A DNA stretch of 64,000 nt from Elusimicrobiota bacterium (GTDB lineage Bacteria; Elusimicrobiota; Elusimicrobia; FEN-1173), in the NCBI GenBank assembly GCA_016714745.1, contig JADKCG010000002.1, positions 25,161 through 89,160 on the forward strand, written 5' to 3'. Each line of letters opens with the position of its first letter. Position 1 is the stretch's first letter. This document shows, piece by piece, positions 45,443 to 56,460 of this stretch. The position numbers and the translations under genes were made by a program. The notes under the pieces are model-generated. The model was not told the origin of the DNA, did no database searches, and worked only from the letters and a program-made list of their open reading frames with translations.

Positions 45443-46814
45443 TTACAAAATATACCGACGCAAATGGATTGACAACAATAGGCCCACGGCCATAAATGAA
45501 CCGACGAGCCCGGACCCTCCGTAAGAGAGGAAAGGCAGGGGAATCCCTGTCACGGGCATCAGTCCCATGGCCATCCCAATATTGACGAGACCCGAAAACG
45601 AAAAATAGGCGCCCAATGCGGTCGCGAGGTATCGCCCGAAATAGTCCCGCGCCGTATACGCGATATCAAATGCCCGCCATGCCACCCAAAAATATACCGC
45701 CAAAAGAAAGAAAGCCCCCAAAAATCCGGTTTCTTCCCCCACAAGCGAAAAAATAAAGTCCGTATGTTTTTCTGGCAAGAACCCCAACTGGCTTTGGCTC
45801 CCCGAAAGGATTCCTTTCCCCACAAACCGGCCGGACCCTACAGCGATTTTCGATTGCAAAATGTTATAGCCGGACCCCAACGGGTCCACGGCCGGATCAA
45901 CGAACGCGATCAGCCTTTTGCGTTGGTAGGGTTTAATCGCCCGGTCGACCACGAAAGAACCCGCCACGCCCATGACAATAACCATCAACGCCACCGCTAA
46001 GGAAACCCTGCTCACAGGAACCCGCCATTTCCTCAGAAACCACCAGAGCGCGCAGACCGCCCCCCCTATGGCGGTCCAAAACAAAGAAGGGGCCGGTTTC
46101 CTGAAACGCCCGCGACAGTCCCATCATCACAGGACGGTCGATCCAGCGATCACTGACGATGGAAAAATAGGTTCCGGTCAACGGAATTCCGAGCGCGAGC
46201 ACGGTTCCGGAAAGGATCGTGATCAAAAACCCCAATGGCATCCCCGCCGCAAAGAGGACCGCCAACGTCATGGGCCCCATCACCAACGCACTTGAAAGGT
46301 CCGGCTGAAGAAGCACCAAACCAAAATGCGCGCCGGCCAGCAATAAAGGAGGAACGGACCCGCGCCAATAGCGAAGGTCTCTCGCCCGCACGTTCGCATA
46401 CGCCGCTAAGGCCACGGCCAACCCCAACCGAGTGATCTCGACCGGCTGAAAATAGATATTCCCCAAATCTATCCAGGAGCGGCTTCCTCTCAGACGCGTG
46501 CCGACCAACAGCGTCAAAATCAATAAAAGTGTGCTGATCCCATAGACCCCCTTGGCATAGGTCTGAAACACTTGATACGGCAGAAGCGCCAGAAAAATCA
46601 TGGCCACCCCCCTCACCGCAAACCCCAGCCCTTGTCGAGCCATAAAAGAACCGGCATGGCCGCTCTGGAGCGTGGCGGAAAAAATAAAGAGCATGCCCAT
46701 CACCGCCAACGCCATCACCGCAACCAACAAGCTCCAATCCAGGCGCGCCAAAAATTTGTGGGATCCCGAAGATTCCCCCACGCGGAAAAATCGCGGAACA
46801 ATGTCGGGAGTCAT
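45443..46814 (-). CDS. rodA: rod shape-determining SEDS protein RodA (FtsW/RodA family), frameshifted in this assembly
   Basis: ORF 45933..46814 carries the N-terminal helices. ORF 45443..46084 carries the C-terminus (GSGYNILQSKIAVGSGRFVGKG...EKHTDFIF...PVTGIPLPFLSYGGS). The frames join near the A-runs at 46078-46085. Confidence 0.85.
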
Positions 46815-46877
46815 AGGCCCATTCTCACGGGAACGACAGAGCCCCGCCCCTCCCCGTGGGAACAGCTTGGAAAATTC

Positions 46878-46925
46878 TGTTCCGGACCCTGGGGACGGTA
46901 GCCCTGGGCCAACGGGGGAATCCGG
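46878..46925 (-). repeat. intergenic repeat family A, partial diverged copy in inverted orientation
   Basis: The reverse complement, ccggattcccccgttggcccagggctaccgtccccagggtccggaaca, matches the core of copies 1 and 2. It lies in the mrdA-rodA spacer. Confidence 0.75.
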
Positions 46926-46945
46926 ATGAACCGAGTCATCGTGGG

Positions 46946-48768
46946 TTACCTCCCTTGCCCGGACAATGGGAGGATGGATCGAGAGGGGGGATAATAGGCA
47001 TCGATCATTTGTTTGGCGATGGGGGCGGCGGAGGCGGAACCGTTGCCGCCATTTTCGACAAAAACCGCCAAGGCCAAGCCGGGCGTTTCACCGCGTCTGC
47101 CCGCGTAGGCGGCAAACCAAGAATGGTCGTCCCCATGGGAGTTTTGCGCTGTTCCGGTTTTTCCGCCGATCACAAGGTCGTCACGTCTGACCGATTGGCC
47201 GGACCCCTGCCGAACAACCTCTTCGAGAGCTTGATGGATCATGTCCCACACCCGATCGTCCAGCACCACGCGCCGACGGGATTTTGGATTTTGTCCCAAA
47301 ACGATTTTATTGTCCGGCGATATCACGCGGTCCACAAGAAACGGGCGCCAGACCGTCCCCTTATTGGCCACCGCGGCCAACAAGACCGCGTTTTGCAATG
47401 GAGTCGTGGCCAGAGCGCCTTGCCCGATACAAAAATTGAGGGTGTCCCCTTCAAACCAGGTTTGTTTTAAGACTTGCTTTTTCCACGTCCGGCCCGGCAC
47501 GAGCCCGGGAGATTCGCCCGGCAAATCGAGTCCTGACTTTTCTCCGAACCCGAACGCCTTCGCCATAGCTTCCAGGTTGTCCGCCCCCACGGCGCGGCCC
47601 ATATTATAGAAGTACACATCGCAGGACTGCGCCACCGCCCCCAAAAAATCTTTTCGCCCGTGTTGGGTCCAACAACCGAATTCCCTGTTCCCCATTTGAT
47701 ACGACCCTGTGCAAAAAAATGTTCGGCGGGTGTCCCAGCCGTTCTGGAGCGCCACGGCCGACGTCACAATTTTAAAAACGGATCCGGGGGGATAAATGCC
47801 TTGCAGGGCCCGGTTAAAGAAGGGAAGGTTGGGATCTCCCAGATAATCGCCTAAATTCAGGGAAGGATCATATCCCGGCGCACTCGCCAGCGCGAGGATC
47901 GCCCCGGTGCGCGGATCGATCGCCACGGCCCCGCCGCGCCCCGTCACCGACGCCGCCAGTCCCGCCTCTGCCGCGGACTGAAGCCGTCGATCCATCGTGA
48001 GGTGTATGTCGTTGCCCGGCGTCGAGGGGATTCGGCGGATCACGTGGAGGTGGCGGCCCATCGCGTCCACTTCAAATTGCAATCCCCCGTCGGTTCCACG
48101 CAACCATCCGTCATAGACTTTTTCAAGACCGTTTTTGCCGACCCACTGGCCGGGACGCAAAGACTCGGGCCCACGGGGATCAGGCCGGAGATTTTGGTCT
48201 CTTCCCCGCCGCAGTTCAGCTTCGTCCACTTCGCCGGCATATCCCAGGAGATGGCACGCCAAAGAACCGAACCGCGCGCGTCGTTGGGGTTCCACGAGCA
48301 CATTCACTCCGGGCAAAAAGATACGGCGTTCCATCAACGCGAGCGCTACGGCGGGCGGAATGTTGGTCAAAATTCTGGTAATTTTACCGGTCTTTTTCGC
48401 TTCCAGCAGTTTGCGCCGGATCACATCCTCCGATTGAGGAAGACGGTCTCTTAATTCTTTTTCAACCGCGTCCAAAGACGGTCCCGCTTTTTTGCCGTGC
48501 GAATAGAACAGGGAAAAACGCGGGGCGTTCTCCAACACGGGTTCCTCGTCAACGCCGTTGCGGGCGTAGATGAGCCCCGCGGCGCGAGAAGCGGCAGGAT
48601 TTGAGTGCTGTTCATTTCGGCCTGACGTTCCATGTCCGGCCCCTGCACTATTTGGAGGAAAAAAAGACGGAGCACCAACATCAAGAACCCCGCCGTCGCC
48701 AAAGTCGACAAAACAAAAAGACGGCGATCATCTTGGGCGCTAAAATGAGACGCGTCGCGGTTAAGCAT
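46946..48768 (-). CDS. mrdA: penicillin-binding protein 2 (elongasome transpeptidase), frameshifted in this assembly
   Basis: ORF 48451..48768 gives the membrane anchor and LRLFFLQIVQGPDMERQAE...APRG. Adding one base at the C-run 48575-48578 gives APRGLIYARNGV..., which joins ORF 46946..48538 (...PGSVFKIVT = SxxK motif ...SHGDD...GGKTGTAQ = KTG motif). Confidence 0.85.
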
Positions 48769-49270
48769 GGTCGTTGCGCGGCCGCGGGTCCCACAGGTCG
48801 GACCAGGCGGCCATGACCCAAAACACGCCGGGAGCCACCAATGCGTTTAAGGCCACATGCGCTGTGGCCAGGATCACGCTCGGATGACCCACCGGAGAGT
48901 GATCAAAGATTCCCGACAAGATCCGAATCCCCCCCCACATGACCAACGTCGCGATCACCGCAAGCGTTTCTTGAGTCCCCAACTTTTCTGCGTTAAGATT
49001 TTTTGAAAGTGTTCCGGACCCAAACCCCGCCAACGCTAAAAGCCACCCCTGAACGCCAAACGCCGATATTCCGTAGGCGTCCAGGGCCAATCCCCATATA
49101 AAACCCGCGCTCATGGCGAACGTTGTTCGTCCTTGCGCGCCCAGAGCCAATACCGCCAACAAAAGCCATTGGGGCGTCGGCAACCCCGCGGGAACAGCAT
49201 AGAGGATCAGGGCCTGAAAAATCCAGCCCAGAACCAACGTGAGAACAAAGAACATCCCCGTTCGTTTCAT
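48761..49270 (-). CDS. mreD: rod shape-determining protein MreD
   Basis: 169 aa, all hydrophobic helices, positioned between mreC and mrdA. Confidence 0.75.
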   Translation of the reverse strand: MKRTGMFFVLTLVLGWIFQALILYAVPAGLPTPQWLLLAVLALGAQGRTTFAMSAGFIWGLALDAYGISAFGVQGWLLALAGFGSGTLSKNLNAEKLGTQETLAVIATLVMWGGIRILSGIFDHSPVGHPSVILATAHVALNALVAPGVFWVMAAWSDLWDPRPRNDHA

Positions 49271-50169
49271 GGGATTTTCTTGTCCCCGGGGTCGGGGGAC
49301 GTGGGGGAGAGGATGAGAACCTCACGCACAAATCCCAGGCGGGCGGCCGGGGAAACCACCGCCCGTTTGGAACTCGCGCCGAGCGGGGCCACCACATCGG
49401 TGACGTGTCCAATCAATAGGTGGGGGGGGTAGACTTCACCGAGCCCGGCCGTGACCACCTCGTCTCCCGGACGGATATCGGAATCTGAAAATAAATAGTT
49501 CAATAAAATTTTTGCGCCGCCGCGTCCTTCCACCAACCCCTGTTCCCCCGTTCGTGTCACGAACGCCGACAGAGCCGAAAAGGGGTCCGTGACGAGAAGG
49601 ATGCGCGCTTTTCCGTCAGGCAAAATTTCTCTCACCTGGCCAACCACCACCGGTCGGCCCGACTCCATCGTGATCACCGCGGCGCCTTCTTTCACGGGGG
49701 TCCCGGGGTTCACCAGAAAAGAATGGAACCAGTCGGCGGGGTCTCGCGCCCACACCCGCGCGGTCGTGGCGTGAAACCCCGCGCTGGGGGATACCCCCAG
49801 AAGGTCGGCCATCCGTTTATTTTCCTCTTCCAAGGATTTCAGGCGAGCGGTGTCCAACCGGTCTTGGACCCAGCGGGACTCGAAATCCCGCGCCCGTTGG
49901 TCCGCCCGAAGAATTTTCGCAAACCCTTGCCCCACGCGCCCCCATTGGTCCAGTGAACCAACGACAGCGCTTCCCGAAGGAGACCAGAGGTAAAAAAAGG
50001 AGAGTTTAAGGGATTGAACGACCCGATTCGCCGACCACGCGAGGAGGGCCAGGCTGACGAGAGAATAGACGCCAAAAAGAGTTGCGGATCTGTGACGCTG
50101 AAACAAAATTGTTCTCCCTGCGCTCGCTGAGAGCGCGGTTCCGGAGGAGCGGGAGAGGAAAAGAGTCAA
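49267..50169 (-). CDS. mreC: rod shape-determining protein MreC
   Basis: N-terminal anchor, coiled-coil (LKSLEEENKRMADLL), then a beta-rich domain (VITMESGRPVVVGQV...GDEVVTAGLGEVYPP). Sits after mreB. Confidence 0.85.
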   Translation of the reverse strand: MTLFLSRSSGTALSASAGRTILFQRHRSATLFGVYSLVSLALLAWSANRVVQSLKLSFFYLWSPSGSAVVGSLDQWGRVGQGFAKILRADQRARDFESRWVQDRLDTARLKSLEEENKRMADLLGVSPSAGFHATTARVWARDPADWFHSFLVNPGTPVKEGAAVITMESGRPVVVGQVREILPDGKARILLVTDPFSALSAFVTRTGEQGLVEGRGGAKILLNYLFSDSDIRPGDEVVTAGLGEVYPPHLLIGHVTDVVAPLGASSKRAVVSPAARLGFVREVLILSPTSPDPGDKKIP

Positions 50170-50236
50170 CGGGTGATCTCAACACGGGATCCCGGGTTTC
50201 GCCGGGAGAACGGCTGAGAGAACGCGCGTTGGACCT

Positions 50237-51275
<1,039 letters not shown>

Positions 51276-51281
51276 TCACCT

Positions 51282-51385
51282 TAGCCGGGATTCCCCGGTT
51301 GGCACAGGGCTACCGTCGACAGGGTCCGGAACATATTATTTTAGCCCTCCCAGGCGGAAATCATTGGTCATCTGAAATTTTCAGG
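51282..51385 (+). repeat. intergenic repeat family A, copy 2 (about 104 bp), immediately upstream of the mreB Shine-Dalgarno
   Basis: tagccgggattccccggttggcacagggctaccgtcgacagggtccggaacatattatttt... aligned by eye to 43407-43509. Confidence 0.9.
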
Positions 51386-51400
51386 TTAGCTTTCCGTAGA

Positions 51401-51426
51401 GCACACGGGCAAGAGGCCCGTGCGAC
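51401..51426. repeat. hairpin repeat family B, copy 1 (gcacacgggc aaga g gcccgtgcgac)
   Basis: Read directly. A GC-rich stem followed by ACAAA on the plus strand, just downstream of rplQ. Confidence 0.8.
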
Positions 51427-51441
51427 AAAAGAAAAACAATT

Positions 51442-51792
51442 TTACTGGACCAAGCGGATCAGGGCCATTTCGGCGTTGTCGCCGTTGCGCGTTCCGATCC
51501 GGTGGATGCGGGTGATGCCGCCCACACGGGATTGGTACCGCGGCACCAGCACGTCGTAAATTTTTTTCCGCACCTCTCGGTCGTTCACTTCCCCGGCCAC
51601 GCGGCGGCGACTTTCAAGGGTTTTGGCTTTCGCCAGAGCCAGAACGCCATCGGCGAACCGAGACAACTCTTTGGCTTTGGGCACTGTTGTGCGGATCTGT
51701 TCGTGCCGAAAGAGGCTGACGGTGAGGTTTCGCAAAAGCGATGTTCGCGCCCCCGTCGGCCGGGAAAGTTTCCGACCGGCATGCGTGTTCAT
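51442..51792 (-). CDS. rplQ: 50S ribosomal protein L17
   Basis: MNTHAGRKLSRPTGARTSLLRNL...FRHEQIRTT.PKAKE. 116 aa, after rpoA. Confidence 0.95.
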   Translation of the reverse strand: MNTHAGRKLSRPTGARTSLLRNLTVSLFRHEQIRTTVPKAKELSRFADGVLALAKAKTLESRRRVAGEVNDREVRKKIYDVLVPRYQSRVGGITRIHRIGTRNGDNAEMALIRLVQ

Positions 51793-52808
51793 TTCGACTC
51801 CCCTGACCCCGTCGTCGCGGTCGCCAACATCCCTAAATGCATGCCCAATTCCGTCAACCGTTCCTTGATTTCTTCCAAAGATTTTTTCCCGAAATTCTTA
51901 AACCCCAAAAGTTCCTCTTCGGTTTTCGAAATAAGCTCGCCGATGGTCTTGATTTTAGCGACTTTCAAACAGTTGGAGGCCCGCACCGTCAACTCGATCA
52001 TTTCCACCGGTTGGTCCACCATGTCTTTGAGTTTGCCGGGAACCACCGGGTGAAGCGCCGCCGGCGCCACAGACCCGTTCGCGGCGGGTTCCTCTTTCGT
52101 TCCCATCACCGGCGTTAAGGCCGGCGCCGGCAAGAAAACGTGCACGGAACTCCGCAGAATTTCTGAGGCACGCGCCACCGCCTCGGTGGGCGACACGGAC
52201 CCGTCTGTCCAGACTTCCAATATCAGTTTGTCGTAGTCCGTCACCTGTCCGACACGGGCGTACTCCACCTCGTAATGGACCTTCGAGACAGGAGAGAAAA
52301 GCGCGTCCACCGGAATGGTGTTGACCGGCTGGCCTTCCCGTTTGAGTTTCTCGGCCGTCACGAACCCGCGGCCGCGGCCGATTTCCAGCTCAATGTCCAG
52401 CTCGCCGCCCGCGTCCAAATGGGCAATCACATGCTCGGGGTTCAACACCTCCACCGAAGACGTCGCGTCGATGTGTTTCCCTTTCACCTCGCCCCCTTTT
52501 TTCTTTAACGACAACGTTTCGGGGCCCGCCGTGTGAAGACGGAAACGCAATTGTTTGAGGTTTTGGATCAAGGTGATCACATCTTCCTGAACCCCTTTGA
52601 GGCTGGAGAATTCGTGGGGCGCTCCTTTGATGCGAACAGAGGTCACCGCCGCCCCTTCCAGAGACGAAAGGAGAATCCGACGGAGCGAATGGCCCACGGT
52701 GTGTCCGTAACCTTTTTCAAAGGGTTCGGCAATGAACTTCCCGTACGTTTCTGTCGAAGCGGAATCGGTCTCCAGCTTCTGAGGCAACACCAATCCAAGG
52801 CTGGTCAT
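51789..52808 (-). CDS. rpoA: DNA-directed RNA polymerase alpha subunit
   Basis: YGKFIAEPFEKGYGHTVGHSLRRILLSSLEGAAVTSVRI... and a C-terminal domain (IELTVRASNCLK...IGELI). 339 aa. Confidence 0.97.
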   Translation of the reverse strand: MTSLGLVLPQKLETDSASTETYGKFIAEPFEKGYGHTVGHSLRRILLSSLEGAAVTSVRIKGAPHEFSSLKGVQEDVITLIQNLKQLRFRLHTAGPETLSLKKKGGEVKGKHIDATSSVEVLNPEHVIAHLDAGGELDIELEIGRGRGFVTAEKLKREGQPVNTIPVDALFSPVSKVHYEVEYARVGQVTDYDKLILEVWTDGSVSPTEAVARASEILRSSVHVFLPAPALTPVMGTKEEPAANGSVAPAALHPVVPGKLKDMVDQPVEMIELTVRASNCLKVAKIKTIGELISKTEEELLGFKNFGKKSLEEIKERLTELGMHLGMLATATTGSGESK

Positions 52809-52843
52809 GAGGTCAAATCCTCCTTAAAGGGGCAACGAATGGG

Positions 52844-53527
52844 TTATTTACTGTAAAGTTCGACGATGAACTGTTCGTTCACCGGATACGACATTTCCGC
52901 TCGGCTGGGCCAGGCTTTCATCGTTCCCGCCAATGTCACACCGTCAAAAGTGACCGTGTCCGCCGACCCTTTCACCGCCCGCGCCAGGCTCGCGTCCCAC
53001 TCGAGCCACGCCGGCACGCCCCGCTGAGACGCGGCATGAAGCGCGCGTTTAACGAAAAGGTTTCCTTTCTGTCCTTCGGCCAGAGACACCACGTCTCCCG
53101 GTTGAACTTGATAGGAGGGGATGTCCACCGGTTTCCCGTTCACCCGGATGTTGCCATGGAACACCAGCTGACGCGCCGCGCGCGGCGAGGTGGAAAATCC
53201 CAATCGCCGAACCACGTTGTCGAGCCGCGTTTCCAACAACCGCAATAGGTTTTCGCCCGTGTTCCCTTTCTGGTGAGAAGCCACCGCGAACGTTCGACGG
53301 AATTGGCGTTCCAACACCCCCGAAATGCGCCGGGCTTTCTGTTTCTCCCGCAGACGTTTGCCGTACTCCGTCGGCTTGCCTGCACGCCGTCGGGCGTGTT
53401 GACCCGGCGGAACCGCCGCGCCTTCCTTATCGATGGGGCATTTGGCGTAACAGCGATCGCCCTTTAAAAAGAGCTTCACACCCTCGCGCCGACAAAGTTT
53501 ACAAACTGGACCTGTGTATCGAGCCAC
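52844..53527 (-). CDS. rpsD: 30S ribosomal protein S4
   Basis: [26 protein letters not shown]...[14 protein letters not shown]...ARQLV.HG...VNG. 227 aa. Confidence 0.95.
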   Translation of the reverse strand: MARYTGPVCKLCRREGVKLFLKGDRCYAKCPIDKEGAAVPPGQHARRRAGKPTEYGKRLREKQKARRISGVLERQFRRTFAVASHQKGNTGENLLRLLETRLDNVVRRLGFSTSPRAARQLVFHGNIRVNGKPVDIPSYQVQPGDVVSLAEGQKGNLFVKRALHAASQRGVPAWLEWDASLARAVKGSADTVTFDGVTLAGTMKAWPSRAEMSYPVNEQFIVELYSK

Positions 53528-53634
53528 AAAACCTCCGTTACAATCTCATTTGAAGGACGGGCGAATCGCCCACGCTCCCTTTATTCAAAAAACCTGTGTA
53601 GAGCGCGAACCCAACTCCCGCGCTCCCTGTGCGA

Positions 53635-54155
53635 CTAGACGCGGCGCGCTTTGGGCGGTCGGCATCCGTCGTGGGGGATCGGGGTGACGTCTTTGATCGA
53701 CGTGACCACCAACCCCGCCCCTTGAAGCGCCCGAATGGCCGTTTCTCGTCCCGATCCCGGACCTTTCACAAAAACAGAGACGGTTTTCACTCCGAGCCCG
53801 ATCGCCTTTTTCGCCGCCGCGTCCGCCGTCACCTGGGCCGCAAAAGGAGTCCCTTTTTTCGTGCCTTTAAATCCAGAACTTCCCGCCGTGGCCCATACGA
53901 TAACGTTTCCCCGTTCATCGGTAATGCTCACAATCGTGTTATTGAACGACGATTGAACATAAACCCGGGCGTTGGCGATGTCTCGCCACAACTTCTTTTC
54001 GCCTTCGGCGCCGGAACCCCCGTCGGTCGAGCCGACGGGACATTCGTCCCGGGGGATTTCGTCCCGGGGGCATTCGTCCCGAGGGATTTCGCCCCGGGGG
54101 ATTTCGTGCCAGGGGATTTCGCCCCTTCTTTCTTTGTGTCGATTGGGTCACCCAT
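53635..54155 (-). CDS. rpsK: 30S ribosomal protein S11 with a repetitive N-terminal extension; frameshifted in this assembly
   Basis: AAGGAG followed by the ATG at 54155 gives [54 protein letters not shown].. . One extra base at the plus-strand T-run 53996-53999 joins it to ..[25 protein letters not shown]...[14 protein letters not shown]...[14 protein letters not shown]. Confidence 0.85.
54037..54126. repeat. six imperfect tandem copies of a 15-bp unit (ggggatttcgtcccg-like), coding
   Basis: Read directly. In frame it encodes the (S/N)PGTK-type pentapeptide repeats of the S11 N-terminal extension. Confidence 0.9.
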
Positions 54156-54165
54156 AAATTTCTCC

Positions 54166-54573
54166 TTACGCCTTACCGGGAGCCGCGGCGGGGGCCCCGA
54201 CCGTTCCGGGTTTCGCCGAACCCACCGTGCGCCGACGACCGCGCCGAGTCCGAGCATTCGATTTGGTGCGCTGGCCGCGCGCGGGAAGGTTTCGACGATG
54301 GCGGGACCCGCGATAGGCCCCGATTTCGATCAGGCGGCGAACGTTAGCGGAAATTTCCCGCCGTAAGTCCCCTTCCACTTTAAAGTTCTTGGCGATCTCC
54401 GTGTTGATCTTGGACACTTCGGCCTCGGTGAGATCTTTCACCCGGGTGGCCGGTTGGACACCCGTGACTTCAAGAATCTGGACAGAACGGGCCGGACCGA
54501 TCCCGAAGAGGTACCGCAAAGCGACGTCCACGCGCTTATGTTTGGGGAGGTCAATCCCCGAGACGCGAGCCAT
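54166..54573 (-). CDS. rpsM: 30S ribosomal protein S13 with a basic/Ala-Pro C-terminal tail
   Basis: [26 protein letters not shown]...[23 protein letters not shown]. 135 aa. Confidence 0.95.
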   Translation of the reverse strand: MARVSGIDLPKHKRVDVALRYLFGIGPARSVQILEVTGVQPATRVKDLTEAEVSKINTEIAKNFKVEGDLRREISANVRRLIEIGAYRGSRHRRNLPARGQRTKSNARTRRGRRRTVGSAKPGTVGAPAAAPGKA

Positions 54574-54599
54574 AGTGACTCCTTAGTTTAAGAAACGTT

Positions 54600-54713
54600 T
54601 CAACCCTGGCGCTGTTTGTGCCGAGGGTTCTCACAGAGAACATAAATCTTGCGGTGCCGTCGCTGGACGCGGCACTTACTGCAAATAGGTTTGACCGACG
54701 CGCGAACTTTCAT
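54600..54713 (-). CDS. rpmJ: 50S ribosomal protein L36
   Basis: Below the ORF-track size cut-off. Own translation: [37 protein letters not shown]. Confidence 0.95.
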   Translation of the reverse strand: MKVRASVKPICSKCRVQRRHRKIYVLCENPRHKQRQG

Positions 54714-54783
54714 AATTCCTTCTCCTCACAATAATTCCACCCACACCAACCACCCGCCGGCAGGGAGCCCGGCGCTCTTTCCC

Positions 54784-55002
54784 TTATTTTTCTCGATACG
54801 TGATGCGGCCACGAGTTAAATCGTAGGGAGACAACTCCACTTTCACTTTGTCTCCGGGCAAAATCTTAATGTAATGCATTCTCATTTTTCCGGAGATATG
54901 AGCTAACACTTTATGCCCACCCTCAATTTCTAACCGAAACATGGCGTTCGGCAACGCTTCCAGCACGCGCCCTTCCACTTCGATCTTGTCTTCTTTTGTC
55001 AT
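54784..55002 (-). CDS. infA: translation initiation factor IF-1
   Basis: [72 protein letters not shown] (72 aa). Internal Met of the 121 aa track ORF. Confidence 0.95.
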   Translation of the reverse strand: MTKEDKIEVEGRVLEALPNAMFRLEIEGGHKVLAHISGKMRMHYIKILPGDKVKVELSPYDLTRGRITYREK

Positions 55003-55016
55003 TCGATCCTTTCGTC

Positions 55017-55790
55017 TTAGCTGTTCGGGAGGCACGTCAAAATTTCCGGCCCCCCTTCCGTCACGGCCACCGTGTGCTCGAAATGGGCGGAAAGTCGATT
55101 GTCTTCCGTCACCACCGTCCACCCGTCCTTTAAAACCTGAACACGCCACGTCCCGGCGTTGACCATCGGTTCCAGTGCCACCACCAACCCCACATCCAAC
55201 CGCGGGCCCGTGCCCGCTGTTCCGTAATTGGGCACCGAAGGTTCTTCGTGCATGTTCCGCCCAATCCCGTGCCCCACAAAATCACGCACCACCGCATACC
55301 CGCGGGATTCCGCCACCCGCTGCATCGCACCCGAGATGTCGCCCAACCGGTTCCCCGCCCGCGTCGCCGCGATGCCTTCCGTCAACGCGTCTCGCGTTGT
55401 TTGAAGGAGTTTCTCCGCTTCGAGGCTGATGCGGCCCACCGGAAACGTCGCCGCCGTGTCTCCCACGAACCCGCCCAACGTCGCCCCCACATCAATGCCC
55501 ACAATGTCCCCTTCGCGCAACACCCGTTTCGGGTGGGGAATCCCATGGACCACTTCTTCGTTGATCGACGCGCAAATGGAAGCGGTGTACCCCCGATAAC
55601 CCAAAAAGGTCGGTACCCCCCCCGCGTCTCGAATAAATTTTTCCGCCAACCGGTCGAGCTCTTTCGTGGTCACGCCCGGCACCACCGCCCGTCCCACCGC
55701 GTCCAACACCTGCGCGGCCAGCTGTCCGGCCCGCCGCATTCGTTCTAGGTCTGCGGGGGACTTAAGCTCGATTTGGCGGGTTGACCCCAT
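55017..55790 (-). CDS. map: type I methionine aminopeptidase
   Basis: VVHGIP...GDIVGIDVG...GFVGD...GHGIG...HEEP...LEPM...EHTV. 257 aa. Confidence 0.95.
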   Translation of the reverse strand: MGSTRQIELKSPADLERMRRAGQLAAQVLDAVGRAVVPGVTTKELDRLAEKFIRDAGGVPTFLGYRGYTASICASINEEVVHGIPHPKRVLREGDIVGIDVGATLGGFVGDTAATFPVGRISLEAEKLLQTTRDALTEGIAATRAGNRLGDISGAMQRVAESRGYAVVRDFVGHGIGRNMHEEPSVPNYGTAGTGPRLDVGLVVALEPMVNAGTWRVQVLKDGWTVVTEDNRLSAHFEHTVAVTEGGPEILTCLPNS

Positions 55791-56446
55791 TAACCCCGCG
55801 GAAGACCGTCCAAAATCGTGGTGATCGTTTTCGCCACTTCGGCGATCGGACGATCCGCCGGAATAGTTTCAAGCAAATCCAACCCGTGGTAATAGGCAAT
55901 CAAAGGTTCTGTTAAATCGTTGAACACCCGTAACCGTTTTCCGATCGTCTCCGGTTGATCGTCGTCCCGTTGAAACAATCCGCCCGCGTCGGTGTCGCAA
56001 ATATCTGAACTTTTTGGCGGTTTCGTTAGAACGTTATAGACCTTCCCGCATTTCATACACTGGCGACGGCTGGACAAGCGACGAATCACTTCCGCCTCAG
56101 AAAGAGAGAGATACAATACCTTATCAAGAGGCCGTTTGGCGTTTATCAAATAGCCATCCAGGGATTCCGCTTGGTTCACCGTCCGTGGAAATCCGTCCAG
56201 CAAAAAACCTTTTTGGCAATCGGGCTGATTGAGCCGGGCCGTCATCACCTCCAACACCAGTTCGTCCGGCGCCAAACGTCCGGAATTCACATATTCCTGG
56301 ACCTTCAATCCTAACGGAGTCGCTTCTTCCATCGCCAAACGAAAAATGTCACCGGTTGAAATGTGCGGCGTTTTATATCGTACCGACAACGGCTGAGCTT
56401 GCGTCCCTTTTCCCGACCCCGGCGCACCCAATAGAACAATATTCAT
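55790..56446 (-). CDS. adk: adenylate kinase (zinc-lid type)
   Basis: MNIVLLGAPGSGKGTQA...ISTGDIFR...LLDGFPRT...CMKCGKVYN. 218 aa. Confidence 0.95.
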   Translation of the reverse strand: MNIVLLGAPGSGKGTQAQPLSVRYKTPHISTGDIFRLAMEEATPLGLKVQEYVNSGRLAPDELVLEVMTARLNQPDCQKGFLLDGFPRTVNQAESLDGYLINAKRPLDKVLYLSLSEAEVIRRLSSRRQCMKCGKVYNVLTKPPKSSDICDTDAGGLFQRDDDQPETIGKRLRVFNDLTEPLIAYYHGLDLLETIPADRPIAEVAKTITTILDGLPRG

Positions 56447-56460
56447 GGTGATCTCTCTCC

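Noticed and set aside
51401-51426. Family B hairpins as the rho-independent terminator of the alpha operon (after rplQ).
   Set aside because: On the transcribed (minus) strand the U-rich tract precedes the stem rather than following it, and the plus strand has an A-run after the stem. The geometry therefore does not fit an intrinsic terminator in either direction.
54037-54126. Tandem repeats (15 bp x6 here, 12 bp x3 at 40012-40047) as a possible CRISPR or mini-array.
   Set aside because: The units are contiguous with no spacers. Both repeats are in frame inside recognisable genes (rpsK extension, AlbA_2 linker). No cas genes are present.
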